From sequence record SRR20825006_1527: a DNA stretch of 48,310 nt; one strand, 5' to 3'. Below are positions 27,028 through 37,011 of this stretch, one piece after another (the first letter of the stretch is position 1; each line of letters opens with the position of its first letter). The notes beneath the pieces were generated by a model. It saw only the letters and a program-made list of their open reading frames with translations. It was not told the DNA's origin and searched no databases. Position numbers and translations under genes: made by a program.

Positions 27028-29163
27028 TTAGTGGAAATAGATATTGTCTAAGAAAATAGTTCCATTTCCATCAAATTTCAATTGAATTACATCGGTTAAA
27101 TCAACTACACCGGAGAACTCTGTCAAAGGAATGTCTACACTTACCCATTCTCCTGCAGTTACCTCGAATGCATATGGAGTTTCTACGGGTCCTGTACTTA
27201 TCAAAGATAAATTAAGGGCTGATGAATCCGGCGTCCAATAATCTACGTGGATCATCGTCATACCAGAAACATCCAGTGAAGATGAGAATTGTGTTCCCTG
27301 ATAGTTGAGACCTGCATACTTTAAGGTATTGTTCCCATCTATGTCTTCTTGTGTAACCACGGTTGCCTGCCCCCAATTAGGATTAAATTCGGTATCGGCA
27401 ACATCGGTATAGGTATCACTGAATATAGATAATACATCGGCCTGTGCCAAGGTTGGGGTCGGTGCCCCAGCTACAGGCTCTGTGGGAGGTGGTGAAAAGA
27501 AATAAATGTTATCTAAAAAGATGGTTCCATTTCCATCCAATTTCAATTGGATTACGTCTGATAAATCAACTGTACCGGAGAACTCTGTCAAAGGAATATC
27601 CACACTTACCCACTGACCAGTGGTCACGTTAATTGGATAAGGTATTTCAACAGGACCTGTGCTAACCAAAGATAGGTTAAGGTCGGAAGAATCAGGCGTC
27701 CAATAATCCAAATGAATCGTCGTCATTCCAGAAACATCCAATGCATTTTCGAATTGAGTTCCCTGATAGTTCAGGCCGTCATATTTCAAAGTGTTGTTGC
27801 CAGCTATGTCTTCTTGTGTAACTACCGTAGCTTGTCCCCAATTTGGATTGAAATCTGTACCGGAAACATCAGTATATGTGTCACTGAATACGGAAATCAC
27901 AAAATTATCAGGGACTGTAGGTGTTGGGGCTCCCGATAAAGGGGTGTCGGATACTCCAGCTTCATTATAAAAGAAAACATTGTCCACGAAAACTGTATTT
28001 GCTCCTGAGGGTGTACTGATAAATAGCAATTGTGCAATATGCTCCTTAGTTGTAAGTCCAGTAAAATCAGATAATGGAATATCCAAGGTCACCCATTCTT
28101 GTTGTGTGGGTGCTTCAAATACAATTTCATGCTCAACATCATCGCCACCATCGTAGGCTCCATCAGCACCAAAATCTACTAATTTTATTCTGAATTCGGT
28201 AGCATCACCGGTCCAGATATCGGTTCTAAAATGTGTCATGCCGGTAGCATCGATTGGATTGGATGTTGCTTCAATTCCAGCAACGTTGAGTTCACTGTAC
28301 TTTTTAACCGCATTCCCATCAATTTCGATGTCCTCCAATGTTGCGTTGGACCAATCGGTTCTCCATGTGTCCACGGTAACGTTGGTGTACACATCGCTAA
28401 ACAATGAAATTACCTCTGTTGGGTCTATGTTTGGGTCGGGTGCGGGAGCGGTAGGTTCACCAGTTTCAACTGGCTCTTCCACTTCGCCACCTTCGCTCAT
28501 CACGATGTCATCAAAGTAATGAATGGATTCTGCGTCCTTCTCTCCGTTGAAATTGAAGAACAAAACCAATCTGTCATACTTATCGGAATCACTTGGAGAA
28601 AAAACAAATGAGAGTTCTTCCCATTCATTGGCTACGGTTGTGGTCGCCTGTACCTCTTTGTTAATAGTGTTGTCCGTGCTATCCTCAAATTTCAAAAGAA
28701 CTACTTCGTCCGCAGCTGGCGCATAGACTTTTATTTTGACGGTTTGCATTTCGTTAAAATCCACTTTACTTGCCAAGTCAAAAAGGAAGCCTGCCCATGG
28801 CTCCACACTTGGGGTCTGTGTATATGCTACAACGGTTTCCGAAGTGTTTATTCCGGAAGGGTCTGGATTTTCTACGTATTCCAAGTTAAAAGAACCATCA
28901 ATTTCTCCAAAAAACTCTACTTCGGGTCCCCCACACTCAAAATCGATTCCTTCGGACAATTCAGGAACGATAGTGGAGAACACACAGTCTTCACCAGGTT
29001 CGGGCTCTGGTTCCGGTGTTGGTGGTACATAGGCGGAAGGAGGCGGAATATCGTCCTCCGTTTCGCAAGAAATAATGGTTCCCAATATACCCAAAGCCAT
29101 TAATAGGGCCATTATGGGCAATTTTGAACGGGATATGTTCTTGTTGTTATTATGCTTTTTCAT
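27028..29163 (-). CDS. Surface glycan-binding lipoprotein with four CBM-like modules
   Basis: Lipobox IISC, PEPEPEP linker, four modules ending in YFDDI / FVDNVFF / FLDNIYF / FLDNIYF; lies between susD and GH16. Confidence 0.8.
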   Translation of the reverse strand: MKKHNNNKNISRSKLPIMALLMALGILGTIISCETEDDIPPPSAYVPPTPEPEPEPGEDCVFSTIVPELSEGIDFECGGPEVEFFGEIDGSFNLEYVENPDPSGINTSETVVAYTQTPSVEPWAGFLFDLASKVDFNEMQTVKIKVYAPAADEVVLLKFEDSTDNTINKEVQATTTVANEWEELSFVFSPSDSDKYDRLVLFFNFNGEKDAESIHYFDDIVMSEGGEVEEPVETGEPTAPAPDPNIDPTEVISLFSDVYTNVTVDTWRTDWSNATLEDIEIDGNAVKKYSELNVAGIEATSNPIDATGMTHFRTDIWTGDATEFRIKLVDFGADGAYDGGDDVEHEIVFEAPTQQEWVTLDIPLSDFTGLTTKEHIAQLLFISTPSGANTVFVDNVFFYNEAGVSDTPLSGAPTPTVPDNFVISVFSDTYTDVSGTDFNPNWGQATVVTQEDIAGNNTLKYDGLNYQGTQFENALDVSGMTTIHLDYWTPDSSDLNLSLVSTGPVEIPYPINVTTGQWVSVDIPLTEFSGTVDLSDVIQLKLDGNGTIFLDNIYFFSPPPTEPVAGAPTPTLAQADVLSIFSDTYTDVADTEFNPNWGQATVVTQEDIDGNNTLKYAGLNYQGTQFSSSLDVSGMTMIHVDYWTPDSSALNLSLISTGPVETPYAFEVTAGEWVSVDIPLTEFSGVVDLTDVIQLKFDGNGTIFLDNIYFH
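27031..27951 (-). repeat. Intragenic tandem duplication, 465-bp (155-aa) period
   Basis: GTTCCATTTCCATC at 27059 and 27524; both units encode FNPNWGQATVVTQEDI, GLNYQGTQF, WVSVDIPLTEFSG, DGNGTIFLDNIYF. Confidence 0.9.
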
Positions 29164-29200
29164 CTTTCAATGTTATAAGTTAATTCTAGTTTGTGCCGGT

Positions 29201-30814
29201 TTAGTTATACCCATCGTTTTGTGGATAGTTGGGTCCTAAAAGGTCCATTTGTTGCTGTGGAATGGGCCAATTTTGCATGTACTCCCTAAGAATATCTTTT
29301 GGATTTCCTTCGGGATAGGATTCGTTCATGTTGTCGTTGTTCATATGGTCCAAAAGGTAATCGTACAACAATCCGGTACGTTTTAGGGTAAACCAACGTT
29401 GACCTTCAAAAGCAAGTTCGCGGGCCCTTTCTTCCAATATGGTTTCCAGGTCAATGCTGTTCACTGGGGCGGTATTTGCCCTAGTTCGTATGGCATTAAG
29501 ATATTCCAAAGCCTTGGCTGAATTGTTCAGCATCATATGGGCCTCGGCACCGATTAAATAGGTCTCTGCCAAACGATAGATCATAATGTTCTTAAAGTGA
29601 TTTCTATCGGTGGGTTCTACGGTCTCATCAAGGAACTTGATAATCCCAGGGTTTTGCCTTCTGTAGTAAAGCATAAACTCGTTTTGATCATCTTCGCTGT
29701 TTTCGTATAGGTCCAATGGGTCGCCTATTTCGCTTCCAGCTGGCACTGCGGTCTCATCGTTGTAGAGATATTCGAAAATATAGTAGGTGCCATTTTTTCT
29801 GGTATCGTTGGGATCTTCGTTGAGCAGGTCGATGGTGTATTGGTTCAAGGAAATAAATCCAGCTCCGGCGCCACCATTTTCCACGGACTGAATCAAACCT
29901 GGGGCATCTGCATAGGAAGATACCATGTTCCAGTTCATGATATGGGGATTTCCGCCACCGATAGTTTGTCTTTCAAAGTTGATGGCGAACAGTGTCTCGG
30001 AATGATTGAGTTCTTCGGCAAAAACTTCCGCCGTGGTCTCGGTCAAACTATGACTGCCACTTGTGATGATGGCATCAGTCTGAGCGGCCGCTTCGGTCCA
30101 GTCGTTTTCCCACATGGCCACTTTGGCTCTCAGGTGTCTTGCGGCACCTTGTGCCCAACGTCCAAATTGAGGGGTAGCGTAATCCAAGTTTGCTATGGCG
30201 AAGTCCAAATCGGAACGCAAAAGTGCAAAGATTTCTTCTTCGGAAGATTTGTCCTGTGGTACATCAAATGCATTCTCGGGCGTAGTGGGCTCCGTAGTGA
30301 TAAAGATGTTGTTGAACAGACGGTACAAAGTGAAGTAGGCATGGGCGCGCATACATTTGGCCTCTGCAAGAATCTGATTTCTTCTACTTTCCTCGATATC
30401 CTCTAAATTTTCCGCGCCTTGAATCACGGCATTGGCCCGGTCAACTATTTTATAGTAGTTCACCCAATAGGCATTAATGCCCGAGGTGGTACCGTAATCA
30501 CCCAAACTGGCTCCCCACAGCAAACGGCTATAAAGGGAAACCTCTCCGGTGATGCCTACGCCCAAATCGCTTTTAGCTTGCGGAATTAGGGGATAGGTCC
30601 CATTCAAGCTTAAATCTTGGTAAAGGTTCCTGTTAAGTGTGTACAGGCCTACAACGGCATTTTCCAAGCCCTCTGGTGTGGAGTATAGGAAGTCGACCGA
30701 GGTATCGGACAACAGTTCGTCCTCCAATTCTTTTTCGCATGATGCGAATGTGGCAACGGCAAGCAGTATTGCCAATGCCCTTTTTGATGCTATGTATTGA
30801 AATATATTTTTCAT
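29201..30814 (-). CDS. susD: SusD/RagB-family lipoprotein
   Basis: Lipobox FASC, AEAKCMRAHAYF, YRLAETYLIGAEA, ERARELAFEGQRWFTLKR; directly follows SusC. Confidence 0.92.
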   Translation of the reverse strand: MKNIFQYIASKRALAILLAVATFASCEKELEDELLSDTSVDFLYSTPEGLENAVVGLYTLNRNLYQDLSLNGTYPLIPQAKSDLGVGITGEVSLYSRLLWGASLGDYGTTSGINAYWVNYYKIVDRANAVIQGAENLEDIEESRRNQILAEAKCMRAHAYFTLYRLFNNIFITTEPTTPENAFDVPQDKSSEEEIFALLRSDLDFAIANLDYATPQFGRWAQGAARHLRAKVAMWENDWTEAAAQTDAIITSGSHSLTETTAEVFAEELNHSETLFAINFERQTIGGGNPHIMNWNMVSSYADAPGLIQSVENGGAGAGFISLNQYTIDLLNEDPNDTRKNGTYYIFEYLYNDETAVPAGSEIGDPLDLYENSEDDQNEFMLYYRRQNPGIIKFLDETVEPTDRNHFKNIMIYRLAETYLIGAEAHMMLNNSAKALEYLNAIRTRANTAPVNSIDLETILEERARELAFEGQRWFTLKRTGLLYDYLLDHMNNDNMNESYPEGNPKDILREYMQNWPIPQQQMDLLGPNYPQNDGYN

Positions 30815-30824
30815 GACAGTTTTT

Positions 30825-33803
30825 TTAGAATCCTAATTTTACACCTAGGGTTATGTTTCTGGTCTCGGGGAAAGCAGAGCCATTTTGATCATTGTTTAAA
30901 GGCGTCTGTTCCGGGCTGTACGACTTAAAATCGGTAAAGGTGAACAGGTTGGTTCCGGTTAAGTATACTTTGGCACTTTGTAATCCAATTTTGGAGAACG
31001 TATCCCTGGGAATGTTGTAGCCCAATGTAAGCGTACGTAATCTCACGTAGGATGCATCCCTTACAGCAAAAGGGAACAGGTGCAAGTGCGTATCCGGTTT
31101 TGGCCTTGGGTATTCGGTGGATGGAAATTCCGGTGTGTAATATTTAGTCCTGATACCGTTTATGGCACCCTTCCAAAGCTCTCCGTTGGCAAGAACAGGA
31201 TTTAACCTTGTTGCGTTTTGCACAATGTAGATATCGGCAAACAGATCAAAGTTCTTGTAGGTAATGGTGTTGGTAATGGAGCCGTACCAATCCGGGTCCG
31301 TGTTTGTGAACACGTTATCGCGATTGTCTATTTGTCCATTGCCGTCCTGATCCACCACACGAACATCACCTGGCTGGGCCAATGGGTTTCCAGAACCGGC
31401 AATATCATCGCCTTCTTGATAAATGCCATCATATTTTGGCAACCAGATATTGTTGATGGACTGTCCAACGGACAAACGTCTTCCTGAATTTGCATCGGTG
31501 ATATCGATAGGGTTTCCTTCGTCATCAAGTTCTCCTGTAAGAGATATAACTTCGTTTCTGTTTCTGGAGAAAACAAGTCCCAAAGACCAACTAAAATCTT
31601 CTTTTCGGATAATGTTAGAGGTCAAAGACGCTTCGATACCTTGGTTTTGAATCTCACCTGAATTGAATCGAATCACATTAAAACCTGTGGTTCCAGCAAT
31701 AGCCCTGTCCAATAACAAGTCGGTAGTATTGGCTTTGTAATATTCAAAAGTTCCTTGGAAAAGGTTATTGAACAACCTAAAGTCGACACCAGCGTTCAAC
31801 GTGGTCGTGGTCTCCCATTTAAGGTCAGGGTTGGGCAATCGGGATGATGCGGTGGCACCTGCCACGGTTTCATCACCAAACACATAAGGTAGATCGTCGG
31901 CAACCCCTAAAGATTCCAAGGGGTTGATACCTTGATTACCTGTGGCACCATAACTTACCCTAAACTTCATTTCGTTAATGGCATCGATATCTTGCATAAA
32001 GGGTTCCATATGCATTTTCCATGCTGCGGATACGGCAGGGAAGAAGCCCCATTTGTTATTCTCGGCAAATACCGAGGCACCATCCGCACGTGCGGTCGCT
32101 TCCAGAAGGTATCTGTCCAAATAACCATATCTAACCCTTCCCAAGAAAGAAAGTAGCCTACGTTGTGAAACATCTCTTACGTTGTTCAGCAATTCGGTAG
32201 CGTTGCCATTAAATCCGAGGGCATCGTTGGTGAATCCGGATTTATCCAATTGCGTATACTCGGTACGGCGTTCATCGAAGGCCTGTACGGCTGTCAAATC
32301 AAGACTATGCTTGTCATTGATTTGAGGGGTATAGTTTAGGATGTTTTCCACAAGCACCTGTTTGAACAAGGTGTTGGACAACACTCCCAATCCATCGATG
32401 CCTTCGTCACCCGCGGAGTGCAGTGATGAACGGTAAACGCCTTGGTTGGTGTTCCGGTTCCTTAAGAAAGTTTTCAATGTATAGCTTAGGTTGGGTGCTA
32501 TGTCATAGATAAGGCTCAAGTTGACATCCGTAAGGTTGATTTTGGTCTCATCTACAGATTCTCTCTGGTCCCACAAGGGGTTTACAGATGTGTTCGATGG
32601 GCCCAGATAGAACTTCTGTAGCTCACCATCCGCAGTATAGGGCTGCGCAAGTGGTGTTATTGTGGTAAAATTTATTCCTCCTGTTTCACGGTCTTGCTTT
32701 GCGTTCTGATAGTTGATGATTCCTAGGAAAGTCAATTTATCAGATATTTTTTGTTCTAAGTTTAGTTTGAATGTGCCTCTGTCAAAACCTGAATTTGGAA
32801 TAATACCTTCTTGTGAAAAATAGTTGACGCTGGAAAAAACCTTGGTCTTTTCGCTACCTGCGGAGAAGCTTAGAGCATGGCTCTGGATAACAGCGTCCCT
32901 AAGTACCAAATCTTCCCAATCTACAAAGTTTTGGTTCTCAATGGCCTCTAGTTCAAAAGGTGTAAATATGTTCTCATCACTCAAATAATCGCCAGTGAAC
33001 CTATTTCTATTGGCCTCTCTTCTTAGGTCTATAAATTGTGAACCAGTGTATTGGTTAAAGTTTTTGGTCAATGTTTGAACGGTGGTATAACCGTGATAGT
33101 TTACAGTAGCTTTCCCTACTTTACCTCTTTTGGTCGTTACCAAGATAACCCCGTTGGATGCCCTTGAACCATAAATGGCGGTTGAGGAGGCATCTTTTAG
33201 AATCTCAATGTTGGCAATATCGTCGGGTGCCACATCATTAAGGTTGTCAAAGGGAAGTCCATCCACAATAATCAAAGGGGAATTTCCTCCGGGTGCAACA
33301 GATACGTTACCCCTAATTACGATATTGGAATTACCTCCAGGTCGTGCATCCCCGAGGTTTACCTGAACACCAGCGGCTCTACCCCGAAGCATTTCCGATA
33401 CGTTGGTAGTGGGTACGTTGGTGGCTTCTTCCACTTCAACGCTGGTCACGGACCCGATAACGTTACTTTTCTTTTGGGTACCGTACCCTACAACAACCAC
33501 TTCGTCCAAGGCTTGTGTGTCCTCGATCAATGTAATGTTGATTTCAGTTTGTGTGCCAACGGGCACTTCTTGGGATACAAACCCAATGTAGCTGAACACT
33601 AGGGTGTCATCATTGGAAACATCGTCAATGGTGAATTCACCATCGAAATCGGTAACAACCCCATTGGTCGTTCCTTTTACAAGTACGTTTACACCGGGCA
33701 TGGGTCCCATGTTGTCGGATACTGTACCTGTTACAGTTTTAGTTTGTGAATATCCATAGGCAGTGCATAAAAGCACAATCCATGTTAAGATTCCATATCT
33801 CAT
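30825..33803 (-). CDS. susC: SusC/RagA TonB-dependent transporter
   Basis: N-terminal carboxypeptidase-regulatory-like domain, LDEVVVVGYG, ILKDASSTAIYGSRASNGVILVTTKRG, NPDLKWETT, terminal F. Confidence 0.96.
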   Translation of the reverse strand: MRYGILTWIVLLCTAYGYSQTKTVTGTVSDNMGPMPGVNVLVKGTTNGVVTDFDGEFTIDDVSNDDTLVFSYIGFVSQEVPVGTQTEINITLIEDTQALDEVVVVGYGTQKKSNVIGSVTSVEVEEATNVPTTNVSEMLRGRAAGVQVNLGDARPGGNSNIVIRGNVSVAPGGNSPLIIVDGLPFDNLNDVAPDDIANIEILKDASSTAIYGSRASNGVILVTTKRGKVGKATVNYHGYTTVQTLTKNFNQYTGSQFIDLRREANRNRFTGDYLSDENIFTPFELEAIENQNFVDWEDLVLRDAVIQSHALSFSAGSEKTKVFSSVNYFSQEGIIPNSGFDRGTFKLNLEQKISDKLTFLGIINYQNAKQDRETGGINFTTITPLAQPYTADGELQKFYLGPSNTSVNPLWDQRESVDETKINLTDVNLSLIYDIAPNLSYTLKTFLRNRNTNQGVYRSSLHSAGDEGIDGLGVLSNTLFKQVLVENILNYTPQINDKHSLDLTAVQAFDERRTEYTQLDKSGFTNDALGFNGNATELLNNVRDVSQRRLLSFLGRVRYGYLDRYLLEATARADGASVFAENNKWGFFPAVSAAWKMHMEPFMQDIDAINEMKFRVSYGATGNQGINPLESLGVADDLPYVFGDETVAGATASSRLPNPDLKWETTTTLNAGVDFRLFNNLFQGTFEYYKANTTDLLLDRAIAGTTGFNVIRFNSGEIQNQGIEASLTSNIIRKEDFSWSLGLVFSRNRNEVISLTGELDDEGNPIDITDANSGRRLSVGQSINNIWLPKYDGIYQEGDDIAGSGNPLAQPGDVRVVDQDGNGQIDNRDNVFTNTDPDWYGSITNTITYKNFDLFADIYIVQNATRLNPVLANGELWKGAINGIRTKYYTPEFPSTEYPRPKPDTHLHLFPFAVRDASYVRLRTLTLGYNIPRDTFSKIGLQSAKVYLTGTNLFTFTDFKSYSPEQTPLNNDQNGSAFPETRNITLGVKLGF

Positions 33804-33827
33804 TTTCGAGTAAATTTAGTTTGGACA

Positions 33828-33860
33828 TAAAAGTAGGTGGCTTAACGTCTTCTTAACAAA
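33828..33860 (-). promoter_or_regulatory. Promoter of the glucan PUL
   Basis: Minus strand TTTG (33860-33857), 21 nt, TACTTTTA (33835-33828), 24 nt before the susC ATG. Confidence 0.6.
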
Positions 33861-34078
33861 GGAGCTACCTCTATAAAAAACCTACATCGGTAATTTTATT
33901 GGGTTAAAATTGATGTTTTGCTATTTAAAGTCCCTGAAATATGATGATTTGAAAAAAATAGACGTATGATTATGCTATCTGACAAATCGCTGAATTTGAG
34001 GTGATTTGTCAAAATGTAGAGTTGTTGTAGGGGTAATTTTAAGAAATGTAGTGTAGTGATGTGGGAAAGTAGAGTCGC

Positions 34079-36874
34079 CTAAAAGTTTAAAATGTAATCT
34101 ATAAGGTTATCGTGGTGCGGCAGGTCGAACTTTTTACGGAGCCTATAGCGCTTCATTTCTACACTTTTTACCGATATATTCAGCAATGGTGCAATCTCTT
34201 TGGAGGAAAGATTCAGCCTTAAATAGGCACACAATCTTAAATCGTTATTGGTTAGACTATCGTGTTTACTCTTGATTCGCTTTAAAAAGTCCTTGTCCGC
34301 ATTGTTGAATGCGTCTTCAAAGAACTTCCAATCATCTTCGCTGTTTATGTTCTGGTCTATTTCCCTAATTACTGATCGAATATTCCTGTCCTTATTGGGC
34401 ACCTCCTTAAGTTGAGATTTTAGGGAGGAAAGAAATTTGTTTTTCTTTACTAGGCTCATGGTAGAGATAGCGAGTTCGCGATTTTTGTTTTCAATCTCAT
34501 TTTGAAGTTTCTCTGTCTGGATTTGCGCTATACGTTCTTTCTTTTCCAGTTCCCTTCGCTCAAGTTCTTTGCGGTTCTTTTTAATTAGTGATTCCTGCTT
34601 TTTCTGGTAATAATTATTGTAAAGTCTGTGCACCAAAATAAACACCGATCCAATGGTCACCATGTAAATCAAAAGTGCAAGATTTGATAGGTACCATGGG
34701 CGCAATATGGTGAAACTGTAAGAAGCGGTATTTTCACTCAGGTTACTGCCCACCATCGCCCTAACGGTAAAGGTATAATCTCCAAAGGAAAGGTTTTTGA
34801 ACGTGACCTCGGTGTTTTCGGACCATTCGCTCCAACCTTCGTACAGGTTCTCCATTTTATACTGGTACCGGACTTCGGTATATTTATCAAACTCAGGGAC
34901 ACTGTACTCGATTCTAATATTATTGTTGACATATTCAAATGCTCCTTTGGTATCTTTTGCAGCTTTAAAATCCAGTTCTTGATAGTCTCCGAAATAAACG
35001 GAATTTATCTGCACTTCTTGTTTGGAAGGTTCTACCTTGGTCAGGTCTAGGGATACAAAACCGTTGGAACTCCCTATCAAATATTTGAAATCGGATATTT
35101 TTGAGATGTTCTCAAATCCTGAAACCCCAAAATTGGCACGAATGTCCTGGGGAATGGAAATATGGGAAGAGTTCAGTTTGTTGCTAAGGGTGCTTAGAGT
35201 AACGTATTGGAGTCCGTATTTTGTGAAAAACCAAAGCCGCTGCTCAGAGTTTTCTGGAATAATGATGCTGACCTGCGCATCATCTTGATTAAAAATTGTT
35301 TGGGTCATGGTGCTGTCCATCTCAATATTATTTTCTCCATTAATATTATAGATTCCAGCATTTGTTTTATAATAAAGTTCATCCAGAAAACTGAAGATAT
35401 TAGAACTGTGACCGATACGTTCTACATTGGTTACTTGTTTGACTTCTCTGAAGCTTGGGTCGAGCTCGATAAAATACAGTCCTTTTTTTTCATGGTCCAC
35501 AACTACTTGAAGGGAATCCATCTCAAAAAAACGACTTGAAATTGTGAAACCATCGATGGTATTGCGGAGTTTCCATGAACCTTCTACCTTTTCAAGAATG
35601 CTCAAACCATTATAGTTTCCCTGTAACAAAAGTTCCTCATGACCTTTTATCGGTTTTACGCCCCATGTTCCGGGGTAATCAGAGATAAGTTTTGCTTGGT
35701 TATTATCGATAATGAAGGTCCCATTGTTGTGCCCACAGAAAACAGTGGAATCCAAAAGTTGAAGGTTCCAAACCTGCCCTTCGGTTCCATCAATCAAACT
35801 AAAATTGTCTTGTGAAGCCGTCTCACGATAAAACAGACCTTGATTGGTGCCCAAATACAAGTGTCCTTCGTGGTTCAATGCGGCGTATACCAGCCCAAGG
35901 TTGCCCAATTTGTCGACGTATTCATTAAAGGGGGAGTAGAGGTTTACGGTCGCAATACCGTTGTCCAGACCAAGCCATAAGTTGTTTTCAGCATCTTCAA
36001 AAAGGGATAGAACCGTATTGTTGTTCAATCCTTTTTCCTGGTCGATGTTCCGAATGATAGTCTCACCATCCGGTGAGAGGTGATAAAAACCGTTGGATAT
36101 GCTACCGAGCACAAAAGAACTATCGTTTAGTCGAATGCTGCTATATAGTTTGATGTTCAAATCATCCATGGCGGTTTCCCAGGGAGTGACATTTTCCGAA
36201 TCGTATCTGTAAAACCGAGAACTTTCGGTAAGTATCAACAGATCATTTCCAACACCGTACAGCCCAACCATGGGTTCTTTCGTAAAAACAGGGTCGTTGC
36301 TAATCAATTGTGCCTCTCCATTCTGGATGGTGAACAAACCTTCTTTAGCAATTTGAAAATAAACATTGTTGTTTACCACGCCCATGTTTGCCTTGTCCGA
36401 TTTTGCTTCGATCACCTTAAAGCTGCTTTCAAGGTTGTCATAGATATAGATTCTGTCCAGTGATTGGAAAAGGACCCATTGGTCCAGGACAACAATATCC
36501 CAAAATTCTTCGTCCTCGGAAATGGGGTTCTCCATTTTTTGGGATAATGAGGTATATATGAGCTCACCATTTGCTTTTTTTGTCCAAAAACCAAATTCAC
36601 GGTAGGATCCTATGTAAATTTTGTCTCCAACAGCCTTTACTGATCGTATTATGGGTGAGGTGGGGAGCTTATATTGATGCCACTTGCTTCCATCAAACTC
36701 CAAAAGACTGGTATGGTTTGCTACATAAATGTTCTTTGAAGGGGATTGTGTGATTCCCCAATTCTGAAATTCCCCATTATATTCCTTTGGGGTATAATTT
36801 TTAATGGGGGGAAGCTCCTGACCAACTAGCGTTGAAGAAAATACAAATAATAAAAAAGCGATTAGGAGTCTCAA
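34079..36874 (-). CDS. Membrane-spanning PUL sensor-regulator (beta-propeller, Y_Y_Y domain, TM, coiled coil, LuxR-type HTH)
   Basis: TTG start and signal peptide; GLNNNTVLSL...NLWLGLDNG; YQYKMENL...FKNLSFGDYTFTVRA; ILRPWYLS TM; LTNNDLRLCAYLRLNLSSKEIAPLLNISVKSVEMKRYRLRKK. No kinase or receiver domain. Confidence 0.9.
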   Translation of the reverse strand: MRLLIAFLLFVFSSTLVGQELPPIKNYTPKEYNGEFQNWGITQSPSKNIYVANHTSLLEFDGSKWHQYKLPTSPIIRSVKAVGDKIYIGSYREFGFWTKKANGELIYTSLSQKMENPISEDEEFWDIVVLDQWVLFQSLDRIYIYDNLESSFKVIEAKSDKANMGVVNNNVYFQIAKEGLFTIQNGEAQLISNDPVFTKEPMVGLYGVGNDLLILTESSRFYRYDSENVTPWETAMDDLNIKLYSSIRLNDSSFVLGSISNGFYHLSPDGETIIRNIDQEKGLNNNTVLSLFEDAENNLWLGLDNGIATVNLYSPFNEYVDKLGNLGLVYAALNHEGHLYLGTNQGLFYRETASQDNFSLIDGTEGQVWNLQLLDSTVFCGHNNGTFIIDNNQAKLISDYPGTWGVKPIKGHEELLLQGNYNGLSILEKVEGSWKLRNTIDGFTISSRFFEMDSLQVVVDHEKKGLYFIELDPSFREVKQVTNVERIGHSSNIFSFLDELYYKTNAGIYNINGENNIEMDSTMTQTIFNQDDAQVSIIIPENSEQRLWFFTKYGLQYVTLSTLSNKLNSSHISIPQDIRANFGVSGFENISKISDFKYLIGSSNGFVSLDLTKVEPSKQEVQINSVYFGDYQELDFKAAKDTKGAFEYVNNNIRIEYSVPEFDKYTEVRYQYKMENLYEGWSEWSENTEVTFKNLSFGDYTFTVRAMVGSNLSENTASYSFTILRPWYLSNLALLIYMVTIGSVFILVHRLYNNYYQKKQESLIKKNRKELERRELEKKERIAQIQTEKLQNEIENKNRELAISTMSLVKKNKFLSSLKSQLKEVPNKDRNIRSVIREIDQNINSEDDWKFFEDAFNNADKDFLKRIKSKHDSLTNNDLRLCAYLRLNLSSKEIAPLLNISVKSVEMKRYRLRKKFDLPHHDNLIDYILNF

Positions 36875-36965
36875 AGGGAACCGATTTAATTAAGCATCAA
36901 AACATTTAAAGATAAAGGTAAGTACTATAATTAAAACTCGCTTTTTTATCTGTTTAGATAAAATC

Positions 36966-36990
36966 AAGGGGCTTATCATAAAAGCCCCTT
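36966..36990 (-). terminator. Hairpin, probable terminator after the HAEPLYID gene
   Basis: AAGGGGCTT-N7-AAGCCCCTT, 21 nt past the stop; U-tract imperfect. Confidence 0.55.
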
Positions 36991-37011
36991 GGTTTCTGTA
37001 TGGATTATAAA

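Noticed and set aside
27031-27951. 465-bp repeat as a mobile element, CRISPR array or diversity-generating template/variable pair
   Set aside because: Both copies are in-frame domains of one protein, differences are not adenine-specific, and no reverse transcriptase, cas or transposase gene is in the window.
33980-34011. Inverted repeat as the end of an invertible promoter
   Set aside because: Arms are only 10 bp apart, do not flank the promoter, and no recombinase gene is nearby.
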